32,171 bases of DNA from a virus: positions 1 to 32,171 of the IMG/VR virus record IMGVR_UViG_3300029539_000017. One strand, given 5' to 3'. The translations under genes were made by a program, and so were the position numbers. Below are positions 1 to 8,874 of this stretch, piece by piece. The stretch's first letter is position 1, and each line of letters begins with the position of its first letter. Below the pieces are notes generated by a model. The model had not been told where the DNA came from and made no database searches. It saw only the letters and a program-made list of their open reading frames with translations.

Positions 1-99
1 ATATATTACCGAGCGTTTGTCTCGGTTCTTTTAATAATAAGGAGGAGAATATGAATATTGTTGAAAAAAGATTAAATGAGATAAAGCCTTACGAGAATA
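1..99. repeat. Terminal duplication: nt 1-99 recur at 32072-32171 with one extra T (T4 vs T5 after the hairpin). Circular-permutation overlap of a complete genome.
   Basis: Direct comparison of the first and last ~100 nt; the offset changes from 32071 to 32072 across the T-run. Confidence 0.9.
8..32 (+). terminator. Hairpin (ACCGAG/CTCGGT, 7-nt loop) plus T-run upstream of the ParB-like gene RBS; second copy at 32079-32104.
   Basis: Inverted repeat accgag-cgtttgt-ctcggt followed by tctttt. Confidence 0.5.
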
Positions 100-632
100 A
101 TCCTAGAATCAATGATGGAGCAGTTAAATTTGTTAAAAATTCTATTGAGGAATTCGGTTTCAAAGTGCCTATTGTTATTGATAAAGATGGAGTTATTGTT
201 GCAGGTCATACACGATATAAAGCTAGTCAAGAATTAGGCTTAGAAACTGTTCCTTGCGTGGTTGCAGATGATTTAACAGATGAGCAAGTAAAGGCGTTTA
301 GAATTGCAGATAATAAAACGGCAGAAAAAGCTTCGTGGGATTTAGACGCATTAAAAACAGAAATGAAAGAGCTTGAAGAAATTGACGGAATCGATATGAG
401 AGATTTTGGATTCGGCGATTTTGAGATTAGTGCATTAACTGAGGACATGGAAGCGGAAGGATATGACAATGAGCTTATGGACGCATTTAGCGAACATTCA
501 GAAGAAATGCTAAAAAAACAACGTGTAATCATTACATATGAAACAGAGGAAGAACAACTATTCTTAGAGAAACTTTTACAGGTAACTGAATTAAAAGTGT
601 GCTACGACATCAAGGAATTAATGCATGAATAA
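51..632 (+). CDS. ParB-like nuclease domain protein (ParB/Srx N-terminal domain) with acidic C-terminus.
   Basis: Strong SD AAGGAGGAG + ATG. KPYENNPR and VIVAGHTRYKASQELGLETVPCVV motifs match ParB N-terminal nuclease domains often found next to phage terminases. Confidence 0.75.
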   Translation: MNIVEKRLNEIKPYENNPRINDGAVKFVKNSIEEFGFKVPIVIDKDGVIVAGHTRYKASQELGLETVPCVVADDLTDEQVKAFRIADNKTAEKASWDLDALKTEMKELEEIDGIDMRDFGFGDFEISALTEDMEAEGYDNELMDAFSEHSEEMLKKQRVIITYETEEEQLFLEKLLQVTELKVCYDIKELMHE

Positions 633-681
633 CATCTATTATGCAATAGCTTAATTATTAAAAGAAAATGGAGGATATAAG

Positions 682-1989
682 GTGAATAAAATTAGTGAGA
701 CTTATCAATCACCAAGATGGAAAGGAGAAATCGCAGATTGCTCATTACCAGTAACATTTGATACATATTCCAACTGTTCATTTGGATGTGTTTATTGTTT
801 TAGCCAATATCAAAGAGGCATTGGTGCAAGTAAAGAAGCATATCTTAATAAAGATGTGAAATGTATCAATGTTGAGAAATGCAAAAAGATTTTCAGTGGA
901 GAAGATACAAAATCACAATTCTATAAATACATTAAAGACAGACGCCCTATTCAATATGGTGGATTATCAGACCAATTCGACGGATATGAAAAGAAATATG
1001 GTAAAACCTATGAAATGCTCAAGTATATGAAATCTATTAACTATCCTATCTGTTTTAGTACGAAATCGGCATGGGTATTTAACGACCCTAAATATCAAGA
1101 ATTATTCAAAGGTGCAGACAATTGGAATGTTAAGTTTAGTATTATCACACTAGATGAAGAGGACGCAAGAAAAATCGAAGTAGGTGTACCAAGTCCAAGA
1201 AAAAGACTTGAAGCAATGAAAAAATATACTGAATTATCAAAAGGTGGTGCAACTTTAAGGTTGCGTCCGTTTATTGTAGGAGTATCAGATAAAACCTATC
1301 TAGATTTAATTAGAGAAGCCAAAAAGGTAGGAGCTACTGCGGTTACTACAGAGTTCTTTTGCTTAGAAATGCGCTCTATTAAACAAGCTAAGGAGCATTA
1401 TGATGTGATTAGTGAATGCGCAGGATTTGATATTGTAGACTTCTATAGAAAACATTCAAATGGAAGTGGATATTTAAGACTTAACAGAAAAGTAAAGGCT
1501 AAATACATTCAAAAGATGAAAGAGCTATGTGATGAATTAGGTATGCGGTTCTATGTATCAGACGCACACTTTAAAGAATGCTCGAATAATTGTTGTTGTT
1601 GCGCATTAGACAAGAATTGGGATTACTCAAGAGGAAATTTTAGTGGAGCTTTACAAATTGCAAAGAAACATGGAAGAGTACATTGGAAAGATATTGAAAA
1701 GGATATGTACTTCTTAGATTTTGAACGTAACAAAGCAATTGGTTTTAATACAAATACATCAGAAACTAGAGCAAAATATGCAGGAATGACAATGAAAGAT
1801 TATCTGCATTATTTATGGAATTCACCAAAAGCAGGACAATCACCTTATAAGATTTTTGAAAAAGTCTTAAAGCCTGTAGGATTTGATGAAAATAATGACA
1901 TCATTTATGAATACGATAATTCAGTAACATTCTTAAAAAGAACAGAGGAGATTACAAAACTTGAAACAGAAGAAGCAAGACATGTCTAG
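682..1989 (+). CDS. Radical SAM protein (CxxxCxxC: C-SFG-C-VY-C near the N-terminus; COG1533/SPL-like flavour) with a second Cys cluster CSNNCCCC.
   Basis: GTG start 7 nt after GGAGG. Canonical radical-SAM cysteine triad at residues ~32-39. 435 aa. Confidence 0.65.
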   Translation: MNKISETYQSPRWKGEIADCSLPVTFDTYSNCSFGCVYCFSQYQRGIGASKEAYLNKDVKCINVEKCKKIFSGEDTKSQFYKYIKDRRPIQYGGLSDQFDGYEKKYGKTYEMLKYMKSINYPICFSTKSAWVFNDPKYQELFKGADNWNVKFSIITLDEEDARKIEVGVPSPRKRLEAMKKYTELSKGGATLRLRPFIVGVSDKTYLDLIREAKKVGATAVTTEFFCLEMRSIKQAKEHYDVISECAGFDIVDFYRKHSNGSGYLRLNRKVKAKYIQKMKELCDELGMRFYVSDAHFKECSNNCCCCALDKNWDYSRGNFSGALQIAKKHGRVHWKDIEKDMYFLDFERNKAIGFNTNTSETRAKYAGMTMKDYLHYLWNSPKAGQSPYKIFEKVLKPVGFDENNDIIYEYDNSVTFLKRTEEITKLETEEARHV

Positions 1990-2131
1990 AGAAGAACATT
2001 TACGCCAAATGAAAAGCGTTGAAGAAGAACTACAAAACACGACATCAGAATATAGAAAAAGAGATTTAAGAAAAAGATTGCAAAGGCTTAAAAAGCAGTT
2101 GAATCAATATGATTGTTATAGGGGGTATTAA
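1982..2131 (+). CDS. Possible small basic coiled-coil protein (49 aa).
   Basis: ATG overlapping the stop of the upstream gene; no clear SD; the ORF fills the gap before TerS. Confidence 0.25.
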   Translation: MSREEHLRQMKSVEEELQNTTSEYRKRDLRKRLQRLKKQLNQYDCYRGY

Positions 2132-2474
2132 AATAGCAGAGAAACACGCAGGAGGACGTCCAAGAATAAAGATTGATTATGAAGCAGTTGAAAAGCTTGC
2201 TTCTATTGGATGTACTCAAGAAGAAATTGCCGATTTCCTAGGATGTTCAGTAAGAACATTGTTAAGAAATAAAAAGTTTTGTCAGACATATAAAAGAGGT
2301 ATAAGCCACTCAAAAAGAAGTTTAAGACGTATGCAGTTTGATAAGGCTTCAAAAGGGAATACGACCATGCTTATTTGGTTAGGAAAACAAATGCTTGGAC
2401 AGAGAGAAAAGGTTGAACAAACAATGACACATGAGATTGAGGACCTAACACCTTTGGCAGATTTATTGAAATGA
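2109..2474 (+). CDS. terS: Terminase small subunit (HTH plus GGRP motif). Probable true start at in-frame ATA 2133.
   Basis: AGGRPRI motif, HTH IGCTQEEIADFLGCSVRTL, MLIWLGKQMLGQ. ATG 2109 has no SD; ATA 2133 follows AGGGGG by 8 nt and gives the N-terminus M-AEKHAGGRP typical of TerS. Confidence 0.75.
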   Translation: MIVIGGIKIAEKHAGGRPRIKIDYEAVEKLASIGCTQEEIADFLGCSVRTLLRNKKFCQTYKRGISHSKRSLRRMQFDKASKGNTTMLIWLGKQMLGQREKVEQTMTHEIEDLTPLADLLK

Positions 2475-3808
2475 TGACTAGAACGATTCCGTGGGGGAAA
2501 TTTTCAGATAAACATAAGAACTATATTAAGACCGCCCTAAATTACAAACAAAGTGTAGCAGAAGGAGCGGTACGAAGTGGCAAAACGATTGACCACTGCA
2601 TAATCTTTTCAATGTATTTGGAAACATGTGAAGATAAAATACATTTAGCGAGTGGGTCAAGCTTACCGAATGCGAAATTAAATATAGGCGATTGCAATGG
2701 TTTCGGCTTAGAGCATATCTTTCGTGGACGATGTCGTTGGGGTAAATACAAATCAAACGAAGCGTTATTTGTCCAAACAAAGACAGGCGAAAAGATTGTT
2801 ATATTTACAGGTGGCGGAAAGTCCGATTCATATAAGAGCATATTAGGTAACTCATATGGAGGATGGATTGCCACCGAAATAAATGAGCATTATGATTGTG
2901 AGGATTCTAGAACAAGTTTTATCAAAGTAGCAATGGCAAGACAGATTGCAAGTGTACATCCATTTACATTATGGGATTTAAACCCATCAAACCCAAACGC
3001 AGACATTTATAAGAATTACATAGATAAATTCATGGGATTGGATTGGTACAGATATGAGCATTTCAATATCTTTGATAATGCTACAATGAGCCAAGAAAGA
3101 ATCGAAGAAATCCAAAACAAATATGACATGAATTCAGTATGGTACAAGCGAGATATTCTAGGGGAAAGAATGGTTGCCGAAGGACTTGTATTCCCTTATT
3201 TTGCTAATGACTGCAAACCTTACCTATTCAAATATCAACATTTAAAAGAGAAGATGAAAGAAAAAGGGAAAAGGTTTAGTCATTTAATCATAGGAGTAGA
3301 CTTTGGAGACAACGGGTCGAAATATTCATGGCACTTAACAGGATTCACAAACGATTGGGATTATATGTGGGCGCTTGATGAAGGAGACATGGCAAAGTCA
3401 AATGCAATTGACGCAACAAAGTTCTGCAAAGCGTTTGTAAGGTTCTATAAGCGTTGTATTGAATGTTATGGATATATTGAATGGATATTTCCGGATAGTG
3501 CTTCAAATACGCTTATAAACACGCTTAGAGCTTATTTTTACGCTGAAGGATTAGACGGAAGTATAATTGCACCAGTTAAGAAGAATGAGCTTACAGACCG
3601 CCCTATAACAGTTGATAGCTTACTTGTTACAGGGCGATTAAAGATAGAAGAACATTGTAAGAATTTAATAAACGCATTGAGCGAATTAGTATGGGATGAA
3701 AAGAAAGACATCCCAAAAGATGAGAACGTAAACAACATTAATGATGATTGGGATTCGTTCTGCTATACATTTATAACCCATAGTGGATATATAGATTTAA
3801 GGAGGTAA
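2471..3808 (+). CDS. terL: Terminase large subunit (PBSX/Terminase_6-like; Walker A GAVRSGKT).
   Basis: ATG overlaps the TerS stop (ATGA). Walker A motif present. 445 aa with nuclease-like C-terminal half. Confidence 0.9.
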   Translation: MMTRTIPWGKFSDKHKNYIKTALNYKQSVAEGAVRSGKTIDHCIIFSMYLETCEDKIHLASGSSLPNAKLNIGDCNGFGLEHIFRGRCRWGKYKSNEALFVQTKTGEKIVIFTGGGKSDSYKSILGNSYGGWIATEINEHYDCEDSRTSFIKVAMARQIASVHPFTLWDLNPSNPNADIYKNYIDKFMGLDWYRYEHFNIFDNATMSQERIEEIQNKYDMNSVWYKRDILGERMVAEGLVFPYFANDCKPYLFKYQHLKEKMKEKGKRFSHLIIGVDFGDNGSKYSWHLTGFTNDWDYMWALDEGDMAKSNAIDATKFCKAFVRFYKRCIECYGYIEWIFPDSASNTLINTLRAYFYAEGLDGSIIAPVKKNELTDRPITVDSLLVTGRLKIEEHCKNLINALSELVWDEKKDIPKDENVNNINDDWDSFCYTFITHSGYIDLRR

Positions 3809-3811
3809 GAA

Positions 3812-5215
3812 ATAGAAACATCTAACACACGTAATCCGTGGTTTCAGAATTACCTAAACGATAGAGGGTATTATGTAGATACAAACGCAATTGAGATTAT
3901 TGAATTGTGCAATAAGTGGTATACAAATACCGAAACAGAATTTCATACGGCATATACCTTAAACAATGAGGAATACATGCTAGACAAAACAGACTTTGCA
4001 AAGCGTTTGTGCGAAGATGACGCAAACCTTATTGAAATCCTAGATATAAACGCTACGGAAGACAGTACAACAAATGATATTATTTCAGACATTCTAACGA
4101 AGAATAGATTTGATGTTATGTATAGGAAGCAAGTTGAACAAATGTCTGCAAATGGTACGGTAGGAGCTTATGTAACGGTATCGAATGCCGAGATTTATGA
4201 AGATGGTACATTTAGTGGAGGAGAAATCAGAATCAACTATTGTGATTCAATGAATATCCTACCATTAACTGTTATAAATGATGAAATCGTTGAGGTAGCT
4301 TTCGTTGGAGTAAATTATGAAAAACTAAAAAAAGTATATGTGATGGTCATGTTCTTAAAAGGACAAGATGAAAGATATATTGCAGAAACACATTACTTTA
4401 AAGAAACAGGCGAAGAAATAAAAGAGCGTGCTCAGATTGTTCAATTAGATGTGGTTAAGCCGTTTGCAATTATGAGAAATGCAAAGGTCAACAACTTACA
4501 AATGCAAGGGTACGGCTTACCGAAGATTTGGAGTGCAATTGCTCCTTTGAAAACAATTGATTTAACAATGACAATGTGGAATCGTGATTTATTGAAATCG
4601 GATAAAATCGTTCTTGTAAACGAAGCATTAATGCAAAAAGACGAGAATGGAAAAGTAAAACAGAATCCACAATTAAAGAATATCTTCGTTCAATTAGGTA
4701 GAGATAAGCTACCGGAAGAAAAAGCTTTATGGCAAGAATATAATCCAACAGTAAGGACGGCAGAAGTTGTTCAGTCACTAGAAACGGCGTTAAGTATCTT
4801 ATCAATGATGTTTGGATTCGGTACAAAAAAATACACGTTTGAAAGTGGAAGGATTGTCACTGCTACCGAATATATTGGTGAGAATCAAGACGCAATGAAG
4901 GAAGTTAACTCACAACGTAAAGAATCTACGGCATATATTCAAGATATTATTCAAGCAATAGCATACTTCTACGAATTAACACAAGGCAGAAAGCTTAATA
5001 TTAATTCATTAGACATTGCTATTGATTATGATGATACATATATCGAGGATAAGCAAAGCACGGCACAAGCGTTAAGAAATGACGCACTAACATTTGATAT
5101 TCCAAGATTGAAAATCATGTATTTCATGAAACAATACGGATTCACTGAGGAAGAAGCAACGGAGTTATTAAATGAAGAAATTCAAGATGATGGAGAGGAG
5201 GATGACGAAGAATAG
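3812..5215 (+). CDS. Portal protein (by position, size and acidic C-terminal tail). Start assigned to ATA 3812; the first canonical start is TTG 3905 with no SD.
   Basis: Follows TerL. The frame is open from the stop at 3806. GGAGG at 3801-3805 and ATA 6 nt later. The annotated TTG/ATG region lacks any SD. Confidence 0.7.
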   Translation: METSNTRNPWFQNYLNDRGYYVDTNAIEIIELCNKWYTNTETEFHTAYTLNNEEYMLDKTDFAKRLCEDDANLIEILDINATEDSTTNDIISDILTKNRFDVMYRKQVEQMSANGTVGAYVTVSNAEIYEDGTFSGGEIRINYCDSMNILPLTVINDEIVEVAFVGVNYEKLKKVYVMVMFLKGQDERYIAETHYFKETGEEIKERAQIVQLDVVKPFAIMRNAKVNNLQMQGYGLPKIWSAIAPLKTIDLTMTMWNRDLLKSDKIVLVNEALMQKDENGKVKQNPQLKNIFVQLGRDKLPEEKALWQEYNPTVRTAEVVQSLETALSILSMMFGFGTKKYTFESGRIVTATEYIGENQDAMKEVNSQRKESTAYIQDIIQAIAYFYELTQGRKLNINSLDIAIDYDDTYIEDKQSTAQALRNDALTFDIPRLKIMYFMKQYGFTEEEATELLNEEIQDDGEEDDEE

Positions 5216-7350
5216 CAACTACATATTTTCCATTCGTCTCAAGAAATGGTGATAGATTAGTACTATATGACGCTTTTAGAAGATTATTCTCAAGCTACTT
5301 CACAAATGGTGTGTTCATAGATGATTCTAGTTCAGACCATTTAAGAGTTGAGAAAGCTCAAGGCTTAACCTTAACAGTTAAAGCAGGACGAGCAAATATT
5401 AATGGAGCGTTCTATTGGCAGAAAGATGACGAAACCATCACACTAGAAAAGAATAGCGCTACTAAAAGCTACAATATCATTCTTAGATTGAATGATAATG
5501 ACGCATATAGAAACATTACATTAGTAGCAAGTGATATTGACAATGGAATTACAAGAAGTGATTCTATTTACGATTTAGTATTAGCTACGGTCACCGTAAC
5601 AGGCAATGCAAGTGAAGTTAAAGGTTCAGATATTACTGATACAAGATTAGATTCTACACGTTGTGGAGCAGTTACAAGCGCAATTAAGAGCGTACAATCG
5701 TTGGATTTATTTACTCAAGTAACTGAGCTATTCAAAGAAATTAAGGCTCAGAATGAATCTGAAATGAATGCAAATAGAACAGAGTTCAATGATTGGTTTG
5801 AAACTGTAAAGGATACATTAGACGCAGATACGGCAGGGAAGTTATCTAACAGAATTTCAAGCGTTGAAAAGATGATTATGGATAACCATTTCACTACTGT
5901 TCTATTAGCAGAAGATGGAACACTAGTGGATGAGAATGGTTATGAGATTCTAGCAGATTGGAAATACAAAGTTGATGGCAGTCAAGATTTAAACGGTGAC
6001 AACATTGGAGATTCAGACAAAATTGCGTATGAATTAGAGAACCTAAGAAATCAAATGAAGTTTGAATTAGAGCAAACTAAAGCGGAAACAAGTGAACTAA
6101 AGGAAGATTTATATGAGTTATACAATTTGTTACCTGAAGATGTTTTGTCAGTTATAAATGAAAATACACCAACAACATCATTAACAGGGAAACTAATTGA
6201 TATAGAAGGAAATCTTGTAGATTTTACAACCTGGAAAACAATGTATTTTACTGCAACAGAAGATTTTAAAATGTACGTCGATAATTTTACTAATAATTAT
6301 TTTAGAATTGGCATTTTCGATGGAGAAATCAAATCGGAAAATTTAATTTCCCTATACATGAAAAATATTGATGATGGTACAAATACTTTACCAACGGTTG
6401 ATAATAAAGCAAATGTTAAAACTGGAAATACTGTTGTATTTTCCATGACAAGCGGAACAACGAGTTTTAAAATTTTTAAAGTTACAAGAGGTTTAGTTTA
6501 CGAACCGAAAAAAATGTATTATTCCAAATCTGGAAATATTTTCGATATTTATGTTCATTCAAAAACCAGTGATAATTTCATGCACTACGTTTATAAACAA
6601 GATATTGATGATAGTATAAATCTTAATACATGGAGATTTTACACTTATGAAATTGTCGATGAAAATTTCAATCGTTTGTATGGTTGTTCACAAGTTACAC
6701 CATCTATTGAAATGGATTCAGTTGTAAAAGAAACTGATAGCGTTGATTTTATGGGTGGTTATCATGGAGATGAAAATATGACAGCTTTATCTGTTTTAGT
6801 TGATGGTAAAGTAATTGACATGTCTGAAGAAATCCCTTTAACAAAATTTTATAAAGAAATTCGGTTTTGTGGTACATCTATTATTGATAAGTGCAACACA
6901 CCTAACGATAATATGTTTACTCGTTATAAGACTAATGTTTTTAGTTTAGATGGTTATTATTCAAAGCAAAGATGGGTTGCACTACAGGAATGTAATTTAC
7001 AACTCGCCTATATGGGAATGATGAGTTTACCAGTTGCTGATAACGGTATTACAATGGTTACAACTGCTAGAATGGATAATAACTACATCGAACAAAAATT
7101 CCATGAAAATACAGTAGAAAACGGGGCAAAATACCCGTCAAAAGATGTTAGAGAAGTTGAAATTTACGGCAACAAATTATATGGAAAAGCACGATTTTTT
7201 ACAGATAATTATGGCTCAGCATATCGAGCATTTTGTGATGACAGCCAAAACAATAATTTCAAAGCATATTTCCGTGTTGGTGTCGGTGTTTCAGCATTAC
7301 ACACGGGAGAAGAATTGCGTGGAGAAATGCATGTTGAATTTATGTATTAA
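5212..7350 (+). CDS. Tail fibre / receptor-binding protein (XkdV-like size, ~712 aa) with an N-terminal fibre domain and an aromatic-rich C-terminal binding domain. Start at ATA 5212; the first canonical start is GTG 5311.
   Basis: The N-terminal region (…EFNDWFETVKDTLDADTAGKL…) resembles baseplate/fibre N-terminal domains. GGAGG at 5197-5201 and ATA 10 nt later; the frame is open from the stop at 5203. Confidence 0.6.
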   Translation: MATTYFPFVSRNGDRLVLYDAFRRLFSSYFTNGVFIDDSSSDHLRVEKAQGLTLTVKAGRANINGAFYWQKDDETITLEKNSATKSYNIILRLNDNDAYRNITLVASDIDNGITRSDSIYDLVLATVTVTGNASEVKGSDITDTRLDSTRCGAVTSAIKSVQSLDLFTQVTELFKEIKAQNESEMNANRTEFNDWFETVKDTLDADTAGKLSNRISSVEKMIMDNHFTTVLLAEDGTLVDENGYEILADWKYKVDGSQDLNGDNIGDSDKIAYELENLRNQMKFELEQTKAETSELKEDLYELYNLLPEDVLSVINENTPTTSLTGKLIDIEGNLVDFTTWKTMYFTATEDFKMYVDNFTNNYFRIGIFDGEIKSENLISLYMKNIDDGTNTLPTVDNKANVKTGNTVVFSMTSGTTSFKIFKVTRGLVYEPKKMYYSKSGNIFDIYVHSKTSDNFMHYVYKQDIDDSINLNTWRFYTYEIVDENFNRLYGCSQVTPSIEMDSVVKETDSVDFMGGYHGDENMTALSVLVDGKVIDMSEEIPLTKFYKEIRFCGTSIIDKCNTPNDNMFTRYKTNVFSLDGYYSKQRWVALQECNLQLAYMGMMSLPVADNGITMVTTARMDNNYIEQKFHENTVENGAKYPSKDVREVEIYGNKLYGKARFFTDNYGSAYRAFCDDSQNNNFKAYFRVGVGVSALHTGEELRGEMHVEFMY

Positions 7351-7430
7351 CTAACTAAATAAGAATTAAACTAACTAAGAATATGATAAATTAATCGACA
7401 ATCTTTATAAAAAACAAGGAGGAATATAGA

Positions 7431-8342
7431 ATGGTAGGAAAACAAGTAACAGAACTAGACGCATTGAGTAGCTTTACGGATACAAGCGTATTGCCTGTAC
7501 ATAATGGTGCAGGATTAAAAAAAGGAACATTAACGCAATTAGCAAATTATCTAGGGACTAAATTCAGTAATCCCAATTTATTAATTAACCCAAATTTTAA
7601 AATCAATATCAGAGGAAAAAATAGTTACACAAGAGGGTATTCAGTAGATAGATGGAATGTACAGAATGCAACTTTAGACGCTAGAACATTGGTGCTTACA
7701 AATCCGAATAGTTCAAACGGAATGTTTCTACAATCCTTAGAAGATAAACCAACAGGAACATTCACCGTAACTTTAAATGTAGCAAGTGTCACAGGATTAG
7801 TTAAGTTTGTATGGAAAGATGGAGACACTTACAAGACAGGTGTAGCAATTTCAAAAGGCGTAAATACATATACATTTACGGCTTCAAGCTTAACGTGGGT
7901 TGGTATTGAAATTGCAAGTGGTGCTTCAGTTCAGTTGATTTATATGAAACTAGAGCAAGGTTCAGTGGCTACAGATTACGTTGAGCCAAATGGCAGTGAA
8001 GAGCATGTAAAATGCCTTTGGTACAACAGAGAAATCACAGGATTAAGGAGTGGATATTTTTCAGTCAATAAGATTTATTTAGGCATTCATGAATGTGCTT
8101 CTATGAGAACAAGTAAACCAACACCTGCAGATATCGACCTAGCCGGTTGGATTTATATCGGAAATAGTACGATTACCACAAACAAATCCGATATCACGGC
8201 AGTAACGATGGACGAATATAAAGAGCTAGTACTAACACTCACACCTACATTAGCTAAAAGATTATCAAGCGTAGGTGATATGAATATTACGTATGTAATC
8301 GACAAAGGTAAGCGAGTTCTATTGGACGCAGAAATTTATTAG
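7431..8342 (+). CDS. Second tail fibre protein (conserved fibre N-terminus VTELDALSS…KKGTLTQLANYL, beta-rich C-terminus with a DRW motif).
   Basis: AAGGAGGA + ATG; N-terminal motif typical of Firmicutes phage fibre proteins. Confidence 0.6.
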   Translation: MVGKQVTELDALSSFTDTSVLPVHNGAGLKKGTLTQLANYLGTKFSNPNLLINPNFKINIRGKNSYTRGYSVDRWNVQNATLDARTLVLTNPNSSNGMFLQSLEDKPTGTFTVTLNVASVTGLVKFVWKDGDTYKTGVAISKGVNTYTFTASSLTWVGIEIASGASVQLIYMKLEQGSVATDYVEPNGSEEHVKCLWYNREITGLRSGYFSVNKIYLGIHECASMRTSKPTPADIDLAGWIYIGNSTITTNKSDITAVTMDEYKELVLTLTPTLAKRLSSVGDMNITYVIDKGKRVLLDAEIY

Positions 8343-8350
8343 GAGGGACT

Positions 8351-8698
8351 ATGAACAACGAATATAAAGTATATGTATCATTACAAGATGGGTATATCAC
8401 ATCTATCAATTCAGAAATCTTCTTATCACAAGATGAAATTGAAACAATGACTGAAATCGACAAAGGGCAAGGAGACAAATATGCCCACGCTCAAGGTCTA
8501 TATCTAGAAAACGGATTAGTTGATAAATACGGAAGATATAACTACAAATATGTAGAAGGTAAAGTGATTGAGGTTGCAGAAGCAGAAAAGCCAACAATTG
8601 AAGGACCAAAAGCAGTACCAACTGAGCAAGATAAGATTAATGCACAATTAATGTTACAGATTGCTCAATTAAAAGCTCAATTGAATGGGGTGAAGTAG
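8351..8698 (+). CDS. Small fibre-associated protein (XkdW-position analog) with a C-terminal coiled coil.
   Basis: AGGAGGG + ATG; 115 aa; sits between the fibre genes and the XkdX-like gene as in PBSX. Confidence 0.4.
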   Translation: MNNEYKVYVSLQDGYITSINSEIFLSQDEIETMTEIDKGQGDKYAHAQGLYLENGLVDKYGRYNYKYVEGKVIEVAEAEKPTIEGPKAVPTEQDKINAQLMLQIAQLKAQLNGVK

Positions 8699-8699
8699 T

Positions 8700-8819
8700 A
8701 TGAGCTATGAATTAATCAAATCGTATTATGAATTAGGCTTATTTACAAAGAGCGATTTAGAAATGTTTGCTTCTATCGGTTGGATTACAGACAAACAGAA
8801 GAAAGAATTAATTAAATAG
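8700..8819 (+). CDS. XkdX-family small protein (39 aa).
   Basis: MSYELIKSYYELGLFTKSDLEMFASIGWITDKQKKELIK matches the Phage_XkdX pattern (IK.YY..G.YT..D...FV..G.IT..E..EI). Confidence 0.6.
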   Translation: MSYELIKSYYELGLFTKSDLEMFASIGWITDKQKKELIK

Positions 8820-8835
8820 GCTTTAAAAGCGTTTT

Positions 8836-8858
8836 AAAGGGCATTTAAGCCCTTTTTC
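8836..8858 (+). terminator. Rho-independent terminator after the fibre module (AAAGGGC-atttaa-GCCCTTT + T-run), preceded by an AT hairpin at 8821-8839.
   Basis: Inverted repeat followed by TTTTT. Confidence 0.6.
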
Positions 8859-8874
8859 TATAGGGGGTATATAA

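Noticed and set aside
227-532. Minus-strand ORFs of 60-170 aa (e.g. 227-532, 2526-2874, 8823-9344, 27150-27581, 29077-29463) inside + strand genes.
   Set aside because: All lie antisense within well-supported + strand genes, lack SDs and are low-complexity; judged spurious. No minus-strand gene is supported anywhere.
2109-2132. ATG 2109 as the TerS start.
   Set aside because: No SD upstream, whereas in-frame ATA 2133 has AGGGGG 8 nt upstream and gives a typical TerS N-terminus. Kept as a feature coordinate only because it is the first canonical codon; the true start is probably 2133.
8351-8698. Confident assignment of 8351-8698 as XkdW.
   Set aside because: Only size and position match; the sequence does not clearly fit the XkdW consensus I recall, so it is called a position analog.
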